A DNA stretch of 64,000 nt, from contig OY970194.1 in the NCBI GenBank assembly GCA_963708075.1, positions 4,064,001-4,128,000 on the forward strand, given 5' to 3'. The notes below the pieces were generated by a model that had not been told where the DNA came from, did not search any database, and saw only the letters and a program-made list of their open reading frames with translations. Source of the DNA: Sedimentisphaerales bacterium. Lineage in GTDB: Bacteria > Planctomycetota > Phycisphaerae > Sedimentisphaerales > Anaerobacaceae. Every line of letters starts with the position of its first letter. Position 1 is the stretch's first letter. Below are positions 33,603 to 42,975 of the stretch, in pieces. A program made the position numbers and the translations under genes.

Positions 33603-36348
33603 CTATGTTTTGTCGGACCTGGGTGATTTTCCGGCACGCGTCTCGACATGCTTGCGTGCGAGCGCATCCGTCTGCGAACTCTTCTTTTCCTTGTCCAGCT
33701 TCGCGGATTGTTCCGCTATGCGTTTTTCCAGACCAGCGTGCTTGCCACGCAACCTCGCCTCCAGCGCCTTGGCCGTAGTAATGTCCGCGAAGGTGATCAC
33801 CACGCCGTCAATCCGGTCGTCCAGCGTGCGGTAGGGCGTGATCCGTACCGTAAACCATCGCCCGTCGTGCGCGGCAATCGGTTTCTCCTTAGACGCCAGT
33901 GCCCGCAGCACCTCGCGGGCGTCCTCGGCCAGCTCCGGGTAACGCAGATCCGAGGCGAGGTCGGTGATGGGCCGGCCCTCATCGGCGGGGATGAGCTTGA
34001 TGATCTTCGACGCCTGGGGGGTGAACCGGCGCACATGAAGGTCGCTGTCCAGGAACACGGTGGCCACGTCCGTGCTGTTGAGCAGGTTCTTCAAGTCGCT
34101 GTTCGTCCTGGAAAGATCGTCCATCTTGGCCTGCAGCTCGGTGTTGACCGTCTGGAGCTCCTCATTCAGCGATTGCATCTCTTCCTTGGAGGTGGTAAGT
34201 TCCTCGTTGGTGGACTGCAGTTCTTCGTTGGTCGATTGGAATTCCTCGTTGATGGACGTGAGTTCCTCCTGTGAGGTCTCCATCTCTTCACGGGTGGTCT
34301 GCAGCTCGTCACGGGCCTGCTGGAGTTCCAGCTCCAGTTCCGCCACCCGGGCATCGCGGGTGGCAGTCTTCCGCAACCGGCCCGACGCTTTCGCTTCTGC
34401 TTCCGTGGGCGCGGCCACGTCGGTAAAAACGACCATCACCAACCCCCGCAGCGGCTCCGCTTCATCGAGGGTCTGGACGGAAAGATCCACGAAGTATTCC
34501 CCGCCGTTGGTCTCGACCTTGAGTCTCCGGACCGTCACGGGTCCCTTTTGGCGGAGTGCTTTGCGGAAGGCGCTGGCGAGCTCGAGGCGCAGCCCTTCGC
34601 GGGCCATGGCGAAGATGTTCCAGTTGGCCTTGCCGGCCGCGGGCTCCAGGTATTTGCCGGTCCTGCCGTTGATGTAAAGGATGTCGCCTTTGTCGTTGGC
34701 GAGAACGGCCGCCGGTGAGTAACGCTGCAGGACCAACTGATCCGCCAGCGATTGGAGACTGAGCGGTGGTTTCGACACCCCGTGTGCCTCCGGCCCGCCG
34801 CGCGGGGTAAAGCCGAATGCCGGGGGAAAACCGCGAGGTTCCGGCCGCACGGTGGACTCAGTCCGCCGAAAGATCCTCGATTTGCTGCTGACGGGGGCAA
34901 ACCGGTCGGTGAAGCCGCCGATCGTCTCCGCGTTGCCGAGAAACAGGATGCCGCCCGGATTGAGGCTGTAGTGAAAGAGCGGAAAGAGTTTCTTCTGCAT
35001 CTCCGGGGCCAGGTAGATCAGCAGGTTCCGGCAACTCAAGATATCCAGTTTGGTAAAGGGTGGGTCCATGATGAGGTTCTGCGGCGCGAAGATCACCATC
35101 TCCCGGATCTCTTTGCACACCCGGTAGCCGTGTTCTTCTTTGGAAAAGAACCGGCTCAGTCGCTCCGGCGACGACATCTGCGGCGATATTGTCGGGATAG
35201 ACGCCCTGACGGGCCTTGGCAATGGCGTCCCGGTCCAGGTCGGTGGCAAAGACCTGCAGGGTAAAACTCCCCTCAGGCCTGACTTGCTCCAGCGCCTCCT
35301 TGAACACGATGGCCAGAGAATAGGCCTCCTCCCCGGTTGAGCAGCCGGGCACCCACGCCCGCAGTGCCTGGTCGGGCGACCGGCCGGCGATCAGCTCCGG
35401 GATGGCCTTTTCGCGCAACTGCTCCCAGGCAGTGGGGTCGCGGAAGAAGCTCGTCACGCCGATCAACAACTCCTTGAAGAGCAGATCCAGCTCCTGGGAG
35501 TTTTCATGCAGGTACCGGATATAGTCGGCAATCTTGGCAATCTGGTGGATGCCCATGCGGCGCTCGATCCGGCGGTAAAGGGTATTCCTCTTGTACAGGG
35601 AAAAGTCGTGGCCGGTGTGGGCTCGCAGCAGGATGACAGCCTTATCCATGGCGCTCTGCGTCTTGTCTTCCAGGGCTAGTTCCGGCGTGACAACGAGGGG
35701 GGTGCGCTGCAGATAGGTGATGATCTTGCCAGGCAGCTCGTCCACCGGGGCCACAATATCAGCCAGGCCCGCGTCAATCGCGCTGCGCGGCATGCCGTCG
35801 AATTTGGCCGTCGCAGGCTCCTGCACCAGCACGACTCCCGCCTTCTCCTTGATGGCCCGCAGGCCCAACGTGCCGTCGGAGCCCATGCCCGAGAGAATGA
35901 CGCCGATGCTCCTTTCCTGCTGATCTTCTGCCAGGGAGCAGAGGAAAGAGTCGATCGGCAGGCGCAGTCCGCGAGGCGCCGTCGGCGTAAACAAGTGCAG
36001 GACCCCGTGCAGGATGGACATGTCTTTGTTCGGCGGGATCACATAGACGCAGTCCGGCCGGACCCTGGTGCGATCCTTGACCTGGATCACTTTCATGTGA
36101 GTGACGCGCTGGAGCAGTTCGCACATGATACCCTTGTGCGTCGGGTCCAGGTGTTGGACAATGACAAAGGCCATGCCGCTGCCCGCCGGCACGTGCCCGA
36201 GGAACTGCTCCAAGGCCTCGAGTCCCCCGGCGGAGGCGCCGATGCCGACGATGGGGAACGAAACGCTCGCCTGCGGGTATGGTGTTGCTTGTTGAACAGC
36301 CTTGGCGGGTTTTTTCCGCCGGTGTTCCGGTGCAGACTTCCTTTTCAT
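33603..36348 (-). CDS. CheB-CheR-coiled-coil-PAS fusion (CheBR), +1 frameshift near 35171
   Basis: GIGASAGG, VQHL, GMGSDG (CheB); GVTSFFRD, CSTGEEAYS, ATDLD, CRNLLIY (CheR); EELQSTNEEL repeats; PAS. One-base correction gives NIAADVSPERLSRFF. Confidence 0.92.
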
Positions 36349-36591
36349 GATCCTGTCTCCTGCGCTCGTTCAATCATGGCGTCTCTGGTTCCGGGTGAGT
36401 AGCTCGGCGACACCAGTGCAATCAGCGCTTGCTCATGAATCCTGGCCAAGTCCAACGTCTCCAGCCCGATGGCCAGGGCTCGGCGTCCCAGCCCATCCGC
36501 GGACTGCGTGGCTCGCCTGCGGCCCTTGCTCAATGTGTTTTTGCGGTGCGGCCTGATATCGCCGCGACAAGCCGGTTAACTTGGTCTCCAT
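36345..36591 (-). CDS. Stand-alone RsbU N-terminal-like domain protein (~81 aa), +1 frameshift near 36508
   Basis: METKLTGLSRRYQAA..KHIEQGPQAS joins QSADGLGRRALAIGLETLDLARIHEQAL; its stop overlaps the cheBR start (ATGA). Confidence 0.6.
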
Positions 36592-36693
36592 AAGGCACCG
36601 CGAATTTACGCGCCACCGTCTGGGCAAGCATCCGCTGTTGCCCCAACATCAGGGATGCCCGACCCTTTGCCGCCGAGCCACGAATACGCTGGC

Positions 36694-36738
36694 ATTATCT
36701 GACTTCTGCTTCCATCTGTCTATAGATTAAAATCAGGG
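36694..36738 (-). promoter_or_regulatory. Sigma70-like promoter of the signalling operon (TAGACA-17-GATAAT) with a degenerate box
   Basis: -35 at 36717-36722, -10 at 36694-36699; paralogous to the boxed promoter at 37278-37322. Confidence 0.6.
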
Positions 36739-36918
36739 CAACTCATTTGATCCATCCGACGACGTGGATGATGGGTTGCCGATTCCCCAAGAACGTGGGA
36801 ACAAGCGCCGCGAGGATCTGGCTCGGCATCCGTCTGGGATGGCCCGAAACCTCACCCGGCCTGTCAACCTGGCCCGGTGACCGGGTCCATTTGTGGGGAG
36901 TACGTCCAATAATTGCAG

Positions 36919-36963
36919 GTAGGGTTATACCCCATAGAGAATAATCGGCCCATGGCGCAATAT
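36919..36963 (+). promoter_or_regulatory. Palindromic box plus promoter
   Basis: GTAGGGTTATACCCCAT (36919-36935), TAGAGA-17-CAATAT. Confidence 0.75.
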
Positions 36964-37065
36964 GTCACGCTGGTCCGGTGGGCCCCAAGACACAATAAGG
37001 ACAACAAGGAAGGCTGGAGAACCAGATGACCATAAAGGAAACCGTGGGCAAGGAGGCTCACTGAT

Positions 37066-37103
37066 CGCTGCCGGCTGGTGCATGGAGGCACCAGTCGGCG
37101 GTG
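37066..37103 (+). ncRNA. Conserved 16-bp RNA hairpin with ATGGAG loop (copy 1)
   Basis: All 16 pairs Watson-Crick or G.U on the + strand; homologues at 37654 and 42714. Confidence 0.55.
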
Positions 37104-37104
37104 C

Positions 37105-37185
37105 GTGGCCCTTGCCCGGGTGTCTTTGCAGTGCTGCCTGATATCGCCGCGACAAGCCGGGCAGTTCACTCTCGGCAAAGCACCC
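37105..37185 (-). pseudogene. Degenerate duplicate of the RsbU_N-like gene 5' end
   Basis: SELPGLSRRYQAALQRH compared with TKLTGLSRRYQAAPQKH; start codon lost. Confidence 0.6.
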
Positions 37186-37277
37186 CGAGTTTACACGCAG
37201 CCGCTCGGCCAGCATCCGTTGTTGTCACGCCACCAGGGATGCTCGACCCTTTGTTAGCGAGCCACGAATCCACTGTC

Positions 37278-37322
37278 ATCGTCCGACGGTCGTGTCCATC
37301 TGTCTATGGGGTAAAACCCCAC
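37278..37322 (-). promoter_or_regulatory. Palindromic box plus promoter
   Basis: GTGGGGTTTTACCCCAT (minus strand, 37306-37322), TAGACA-17-GACGAT. Confidence 0.7.
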
Positions 37323-37500
37323 CTGCTCATTTGTTCCATGTGGCCATGTGGATGAGGGGTCGCCCAATTCGTTGAGACCTCCAGACCAAGTACCACAAAG
37401 GTCTGGCTCAGCGTCCTTCGGGGATCGCCCGACCTGTCCGGCCTGTCGAGCTCTCCTGGCGGCCGGGTCCCCTTCCGGGGAGCGAGGCCAACAATCCCAG

Positions 37501-37546
37501 GTAGGGTTACACCCCATAGATCAAGGACTGACTCACGACGTAGTAT
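37501..37546 (+). promoter_or_regulatory. Palindromic box plus promoter
   Basis: GTAGGGTTACACCCCAT, TAGATC-18-TAGTAT. Confidence 0.78.
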
Positions 37547-37653
37547 CTCTGAAATGACAGGCCGAAGAACGCGGCAACAGAAAGAAGCAAGTGTGACAAG
37601 TGTGAAGGACTGAATGGCCATGCAGGGGGGCAAGAGCAAGGAGGCTCGTCGAT

Positions 37654-37691
37654 CACTTCCGGCTGGCGCACGGATGCGCCAACCGGCAGTG
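37654..37691 (+). promoter_or_regulatory. 5'-UTR hairpin with ACGGAT loop (copy 2)
   Basis: CACTTCCGGCTGGCGC-ACGGAT-GCGCCAACCGGCAGTG, ending 29 nt before the ATG at 37721. Confidence 0.55.
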
Positions 37692-37720
37692 AAACCACAG
37701 CCAATGGAAAGGAGAATCTT

Positions 37721-37924
37721 ATGTTGTGGATGATTGCCGCCCTACTGGTATACCTGTGGCTGCTGGGGCTGGTGAGTAGTTACTTGATCGGAGGGTTCAT
37801 TCACCTCCTGGTGACGCTTGCCGTTGTCATCGTGCTGGTCAAAATCATTCAGGGACGACGACTAGTGTGGTGTAAGAAGCCGTTAGTCTGTCGTATTGAG
37901 GCAAGGAAGCTGGAGGTTCCATGA
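37721..37924 (+). CDS. lmo0937-family small membrane protein (copy 1, C-terminally extended)
   Basis: MLWMIAALLVYLWLLGLVSSYLIGGFIHLL; AGGAG RBS. Confidence 0.8.
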   Translation: MLWMIAALLVYLWLLGLVSSYLIGGFIHLLVTLAVVIVLVKIIQGRRLVWCKKPLVCRIEARKLEVP

Positions 37925-38136
37925 GATCCAAAACCATCATTGCCGGCATACTGATTGTTGTCGGCATCGTGGTGCTTGCTTACTCGGGCATCACTTACAA
38001 GACCAGAGGAAAGCCCGTCGATATCGGCCCACTGCACGTAGAGACCACAAAGAGCCACTTCATTCCCCCGGTCGTCGGAGCGGTCGCGCTGGTCGGCGGC
38101 ATCATGTTGCTCGTCCTGGACGCCAGGAAGGCATGA
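37921..38136 (+). CDS. Small two-TM membrane protein (DUF3185-like, copy 1)
   Basis: GILIVVGIVVLAYSGITY...VDIGPL......IPPVVGAVALVGG. Confidence 0.75.
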   Translation: MRSKTIIAGILIVVGIVVLAYSGITYKTRGKPVDIGPLHVETTKSHFIPPVVGAVALVGGIMLLVLDARKA

Positions 38137-38203
38137 TGGGAGAGACCACAGAACTCTCGGAAATTCCTGAACAATATCATCTTTTTTACGGAAGGAAAAG
38201 AAA

Positions 38204-38611
38204 ATGAAGACTGCAATTACGATCATGATGACATTAGCTTTGGCCGCCATCTCCGGCTGCCAATCGAGCAGCCCCCGAGGCGGCGGCATGACCAAAGACG
38301 TAGGATTCAAGATCGCTGTTCCGACCTTGGGCACGGACGTCAAACAGGGCGAAGTCCGTGCCGTTACCGTCTCCCTGCAAAGGGGCGAGTCTTTCAAGCA
38401 AGACGTGAAGCTGCAAATCCAAGCGTCCAAGGGCATCAGCGTCGAACCGACCGACGTTCTGGTCAAAGCGAGCGAAAGTCCTGATGTACAAGTCCGGCTT
38501 GCAGCGACCAAGGACACTGCCCTCGGTGCATATATTGTCTCTGTGAAGGGGACGCCGAAAACCGGCGAGCCGACCTCGACGGCATTCACGGTGAAGGTTG
38601 TCGCTCCCTAG
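38204..38611 (+). CDS. Lipoprotein with Ig-like beta domain
   Basis: Lipobox ISGC; beta-rich mature region; RBS upstream. Confidence 0.75.
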   Translation: MKTAITIMMTLALAAISGCQSSSPRGGGMTKDVGFKIAVPTLGTDVKQGEVRAVTVSLQRGESFKQDVKLQIQASKGISVEPTDVLVKASESPDVQVRLAATKDTALGAYIVSVKGTPKTGEPTSTAFTVKVVAP

Positions 38612-38716
38612 TCTCCGGGCCTTCCGTGAAAGCATATCTGAACCAACACAATTTCGTGATCCCCTGCTGACGATGGGTATTGGCAACTGAAGAACAGTTG
38701 CTGGTTGTTTGACGGC

Positions 38717-38752
38717 GGGTTCTTAGGTGGGCCCTTGCCCACCTAGGAACCC
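38717..38752. repeat. 16-bp inverted repeat hairpin
   Basis: GGGTTCTTAGGTGGGC-CCTT-GCCCACCTAGGAACCC. Confidence 0.6.
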
Positions 38753-38925
38753 AAATACTCGCGGCAGCATTGATGAACCGAGTGATGGTGATGCACTCCC
38801 TCAGCACGGGTGCGAGCCGGGGGTATAAGACTCACCCAGTTCTCATAATTCTCCGATGACCGCTGCACCATGCGTCTATGGGCGGCTGGCAGTACACATA
38901 GAGTTCTTTTTGAAAGGACGGGAAG

Positions 38926-40857
38926 ATGAATCTGCGAAGCGTGGCAATCAATGTATCGGTGCTGCTCCTGATGTCATGGAGCACGGCGGGCGCCGCCAAT
39001 GTCTCATGGATATCCGGCAGTACTGCCCCGAAAGAATGGGTCATTGGTCCTGCCAATCCCACCCCGTTGGACGTCATCCGGTTCTCCGGGCCGACGCTGG
39101 TCTACTCCAATTCGTGCATGGGAGAGAAGGCCTTGAACGGCACGCCTGAGCTTTTGGTCGACCCGAAGGCCAAGGTGATCACGCTGTGGTTCAAGGGTCC
39201 GGCCCCGCAGTCCTGCTCCATGATCTTCAGCCCGGTGGCGGGCCTGGAGGGCGAGTTTGGCCCATTGCCGGCTGGGGACTGGATGTTCACGTGCCTTTCC
39301 AGGGATGCCGGTTTTGAGATTCCTTTCACCATCAGGGACAAGCTCGCGTATCACGTGGATGCTGACGTCCGTGGTTCGGTCCACAACGGCAGGACTTGGG
39401 AGACAGCCATGCTCACCCTTCAGGATGCCTTGGCGGTGGCCGGCAGCGGCGATGAGATTCTCGTTGCGGCCGGTGTGTACAGGCCGGACCAGGGCGGACG
39501 CGTGTCACGCGGCGACCGCACGGCCTCCTTCGACCTGTTCGAGGGCGTGGCATTGAAGGGTGGGTACGCCGGGGACGGGGCCATCAATCCGGATATGCGT
39601 GACCCCAACCAATATCCGACCATCCTCAGTGGCGACCTGCTGGGCGACGACCTGCGGGGGACGCTGAATCGGGACGACAACAGCTACCATGTGGTCACGG
39701 CCCAAGGTCTGCTCTCATCCCCACGTCTGGATGGCTTTACGATCCAGTCCGGCCAGGCGGATGGGGCCGATCCGAACCAGTTTGGCGGCGGCCTGTATGT
39801 CACGGCCGGCTCGCCCGAGGTGCTCAACTGCACGTTCAAGTCCAATGCCGCGGTGTTCGGCGGAGCGATCGCCACCGTCCAGGCCGCACCGGTTCTGGCC
39901 AACTGCAAGCTGACCGGCAACGAGGCGCTGCTGTTCGGTGGGGCCTTGTACAACGAGGATGGCGCCGTGGTCCTGACCAACGTTCTGATCGCGGGCAACT
40001 CGGCGGGCCTGGCGACGGCCTTGGGGAGTTCCGCCCTCTACAACATGGGAGGGAGCATCACCCTCAACGACTGTACGGTGGCTGATAACGTGGCCCCCAA
40101 AGGCATGGCCATTACCAGTCTGGTCTGGGGCTCACCGGCCATGGGGCAGATCATGGTCACTAACAGCATCCTGTACAACGGCGGAGATGAGATCTTCAGT
40201 ACCGATCCTTGCGCCGTCGTGGTCGCATACAGTGATGTCCAAGGCGGCTGGTCCGGGATTGGCAACCTCAACACAGACCCGCATTTCATCAACCCGGGCC
40301 GGTGGAGCATTGGGGGCGACTGGATCGACGGAGACTATCGCCTGATGTCTGATTCAGCGTGCATCGACAAGGGCGACAAGACCCGTCTTCCGGCGGATAC
40401 CCTGGACCTGGACGGCGACGGCACCACCAGTGAGGCCCTGCCGGTCGACCTGAACGGAAACCCTCGCGTCCTGGGTTTGCAGGTAGATATGGGAGCCTGT
40501 GAGCAGCTCGGTTCAGGTCCTGGGCCTGGACCCGGTTGGGTGATGCTGGTGACCGAGGATCTGACCTATGATGTCTCGGCCAATCCGCCTACTTTCCCCA
40601 TCAATGTCTCGGCTTCCAGTCAGAACACAGTCCAACTCAACTTCAAGGCCGAACTGAGGATCGATGTCACGGCGGCATCGCTCGCTGGGGGTGTCTGGAC
40701 GGCCTCGTTCGACCCGGACCCCAACCCCGTGGGACCTGGGACTGTCACCTTCGCCTACAGCATCCACGGTGTCGGCCTGGAGGTCTGGAAGCTCCCGGCC
40801 AACACCCCGGAGGTCAAGGTCGCGACCCTGACCATCTCGGTCCGGCCGGCACCCTAA
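38926..40857 (+). CDS. Secreted right-handed beta-helix repeat protein (choice-of-anchor Q-like)
   Basis: Signal peptide, G.TWETA...LQDAL, TILSGDL.GDD, GGG/GGAI repeats, GNLNTDP.F...DYRL..DS.CID.G, DL.GNPR....VDMGA.E. Confidence 0.82.
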   Translation: MNLRSVAINVSVLLLMSWSTAGAANVSWISGSTAPKEWVIGPANPTPLDVIRFSGPTLVYSNSCMGEKALNGTPELLVDPKAKVITLWFKGPAPQSCSMIFSPVAGLEGEFGPLPAGDWMFTCLSRDAGFEIPFTIRDKLAYHVDADVRGSVHNGRTWETAMLTLQDALAVAGSGDEILVAAGVYRPDQGGRVSRGDRTASFDLFEGVALKGGYAGDGAINPDMRDPNQYPTILSGDLLGDDLRGTLNRDDNSYHVVTAQGLLSSPRLDGFTIQSGQADGADPNQFGGGLYVTAGSPEVLNCTFKSNAAVFGGAIATVQAAPVLANCKLTGNEALLFGGALYNEDGAVVLTNVLIAGNSAGLATALGSSALYNMGGSITLNDCTVADNVAPKGMAITSLVWGSPAMGQIMVTNSILYNGGDEIFSTDPCAVVVAYSDVQGGWSGIGNLNTDPHFINPGRWSIGGDWIDGDYRLMSDSACIDKGDKTRLPADTLDLDGDGTTSEALPVDLNGNPRVLGLQVDMGACEQLGSGPGPGPGWVMLVTEDLTYDVSANPPTFPINVSASSQNTVQLNFKAELRIDVTAASLAGGVWTASFDPDPNPVGPGTVTFAYSIHGVGLEVWKLPANTPEVKVATLTISVRPAP

Positions 40858-40957
40858 TCGACCTGGGCAACACGGTGGTATATCGAGAAATCTGCAGGGG
40901 GCACCCATTGGGGGGTGCTCCCTACCTCAAGTGATCCTGTCTGTGCCCCATACAAGG

Positions 40958-41002
40958 GTAGGGTTACACCCCATAGATAAGGACCGGCACATGGTGTAGG
41001 AA
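40958..41002 (+). promoter_or_regulatory. Palindromic box plus promoter
   Basis: GTAGGGTTACACCCCAT, TAGATA-17-TAGGAA. Confidence 0.72.
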
Positions 41003-41600
41003 TCGCAGACAAGAAAATACAACAACAATCGAAAGAAGAAAGTGCGACGCGTGCGAAGAACAGGAGCGTCAACAAGGGAATGATTCCATTGTTGCAGTAG
41101 AGGTAGCAGCGAGGTGGGCGTGGCAAGGAAAGAGTTGGTCGGCGTCGATCTGATACTTCCGACGGCCGGAGCGGCAGGTCTTGCCGTGGAACCTGTCCGG
41201 AAGAAAGGATCTATCGGGGCAACGGCGAAAGAGGCAATCCCCGTTGTGAATTATGTAATGGCTTCGTCGAGGGTGTTTCTGATGGGCGCGCCAATCGAAG
41301 GCACTGACGAACTGGCCACGGTCGGGGCGCAGAGAACTTCCCATGTGCCGATGGGATTCGAGATATCCCCATGGGCACCCGCGCGATCGTCTTTGTGGCC
41401 ACAGCGCGAGCCCCGCCCTGACGGTCATCGAGAGGAGTGTGTTTGAAGCATTGGAGGCGGAAAGGTCATTCCGGCCGTTGTGCCGGAGAAAAGATATGAT
41501 TGGAGATTAGGATATGAAACGGATTTCACTAGCCATGTTCCACAACTCACGTGGTCACCCGTGCTCATTGAACATAGGGTACTCTAAACGGGGAAGATTG

Positions 41601-42311
41601 ATGAAGACGCTGGTATTAACACTCATGATTGCTGCGTTGGCACTGGTCACCAACACTGCAACGGCAAGTTGGACGATGACCAGCGACGTCGGGACTTGGA
41701 CCGGGACCAACGGTGGTACGAACGTACAAAATCAGACAGTGACCGTTGCCTACGGCAACACGGCGCAAAACCAGGTCCGCTGGGGTGTGCCTTATCCTGG
41801 TTCCGTACCGAATGTCATTGACAACCAGAGTGGGCTCGGTTTCACCGGCAAAGCAGCGCCGGCCCTGACCTTTGAGCTTGGCGATCCCTTCGAAATCGGC
41901 CAGCTCGTACACTTCAACCACGAGATCGGCAACGATGGTTCGCCCACGGAGGCTTATCTGCAGCTCGTGATGAACTTCACCACCCCGGATGCTGTCCTGG
42001 GGACATTCAACTTCACATTTGCGGTCAACGAGACACCAGGACTGGGCGTGGATGACATTATCACCTTTCCCATCTCCACCCCACACGAGTCCGCGGATGT
42101 CGGAGGCACACTGTATACGCTGGAGTTGTTAGGGTTCGGAGACAGCCCCAATGCGCTGGTTAAGGAGTTCGTGTCGGTTGAGAATGGTTTGCCGAACACT
42201 ACTCTGCTTTGGGGAAGAGTCACGCCGACGGTTCCCGCCCCTGGCGCTGTTCTGCTCGGCGGGATAGGTACGGCTCTCGTAGGTTGGCTCAGGCGAAGGC
42301 GGATTGTATAG
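41601..42311 (+). CDS. Choice-of-anchor K-like surface protein with PEP-CTERM-like (VPAPG) sorting signal
   Basis: Signal peptide, VRWG.P, QSGLGF.G, GQLVHFN; C-terminal VPAPGAVLLGGIGTALVGWLRRRR. Confidence 0.82.
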   Translation: MKTLVLTLMIAALALVTNTATASWTMTSDVGTWTGTNGGTNVQNQTVTVAYGNTAQNQVRWGVPYPGSVPNVIDNQSGLGFTGKAAPALTFELGDPFEIGQLVHFNHEIGNDGSPTEAYLQLVMNFTTPDAVLGTFNFTFAVNETPGLGVDDIITFPISTPHESADVGGTLYTLELLGFGDSPNALVKEFVSVENGLPNTTLLWGRVTPTVPAPGAVLLGGIGTALVGWLRRRRIV

Positions 42312-42567
42312 GTAGGTGGGAGTTTGCCTTGAATTCGGCGCAAGCATCTGGATGGTCATGGTGGTCAACCTGATGCAAGGCAGGAGGGGGGAGTCACAAG
42401 GATGTGACGCCTCCACAAGGATGTGACCTCCTCCTGTCGCACCGAGGGACTGAATCGGAATACGGTTGCGATTCTCCCCCATATATGCCAGAGGTTAATC
42501 CAGATCCCATCTGACAACTGCCATCATCTGCCCATTGGGTAAGGCCCGACCCACCCGGTAATCCGAA

Positions 42568-42612
42568 GTAGGGTTACACCCCACAGACAAGGAACTACCC
42601 ACGACGTAGTAT
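42568..42612 (+). promoter_or_regulatory. Palindromic box plus promoter
   Basis: GTAGGGTTACACCCCAC, CAGACA-17-TAGTAT. Confidence 0.8.
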
Positions 42613-42713
42613 CTCTGATAAGGACAGGCCGAAGAACGCGGCAAAAGAAGAATGTGAAGAGCGTGACGAAACAAATGACTATGGAGGTGGGCAAGAGCAG
42701 GGACGCTCGCCGA

Positions 42714-42750
42714 TCGCTGCCGCCTGGTGACGGAGGTACCAGCCGGCAGT
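42714..42750 (+). promoter_or_regulatory. 5'-UTR hairpin with ACGGAGG loop (copy 3)
   Basis: CGCTGCCGCCTGGTG-ACGGAGG-TACCAGCCGGCAGTG, ending 30 nt before the ATG at 42781. Confidence 0.55.
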
Positions 42751-42780
42751 GAAACCATGGCCAACCGAAAGGAGAATCTT

Positions 42781-42930
42781 ATGTTGTGGACGATTGCTGT
42801 CATACTGATAGTTCTGTGGCTGCTGGGGCTGGTGAGCAGTTACACGATGGGAGGATTCATTCACCTCCTGCTGGTGCTTGCCGTTGTCATGGTGCTGGTC
42901 AGGATCATTCAGGGACGACGACTGGTGTAA
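42781..42930 (+). CDS. lmo0937-family small membrane protein (copy 2)
   Basis: MLWTIAVILIVLWLLGLVSSYTMGGFIHLLLVLAVVMVLVRIIQGRR; AGGAG RBS. Confidence 0.88.
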   Translation: MLWTIAVILIVLWLLGLVSSYTMGGFIHLLLVLAVVMVLVRIIQGRRLV

Positions 42931-42975
42931 GAAGCCGTTAGTCTGTCGTAGTGAGGCAAGGAAGCTGGAGGTTCC

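Noticed and set aside
41215..41260. c-di-GMP-I (GEMM) riboswitch resemblance (GGCAAC...GAAA)
   Set aside because: The conserved second stem and GCAAAGC-like core were not found; kept only as a generic structured leader.
42381..42436. Short tandem CACAAGGATGTGAC x2 within a CAGGAGG...CCTCCTG inverted repeat
   Set aside because: Single local duplication or hairpin after a gene end with no U-tract; no function can be supported.
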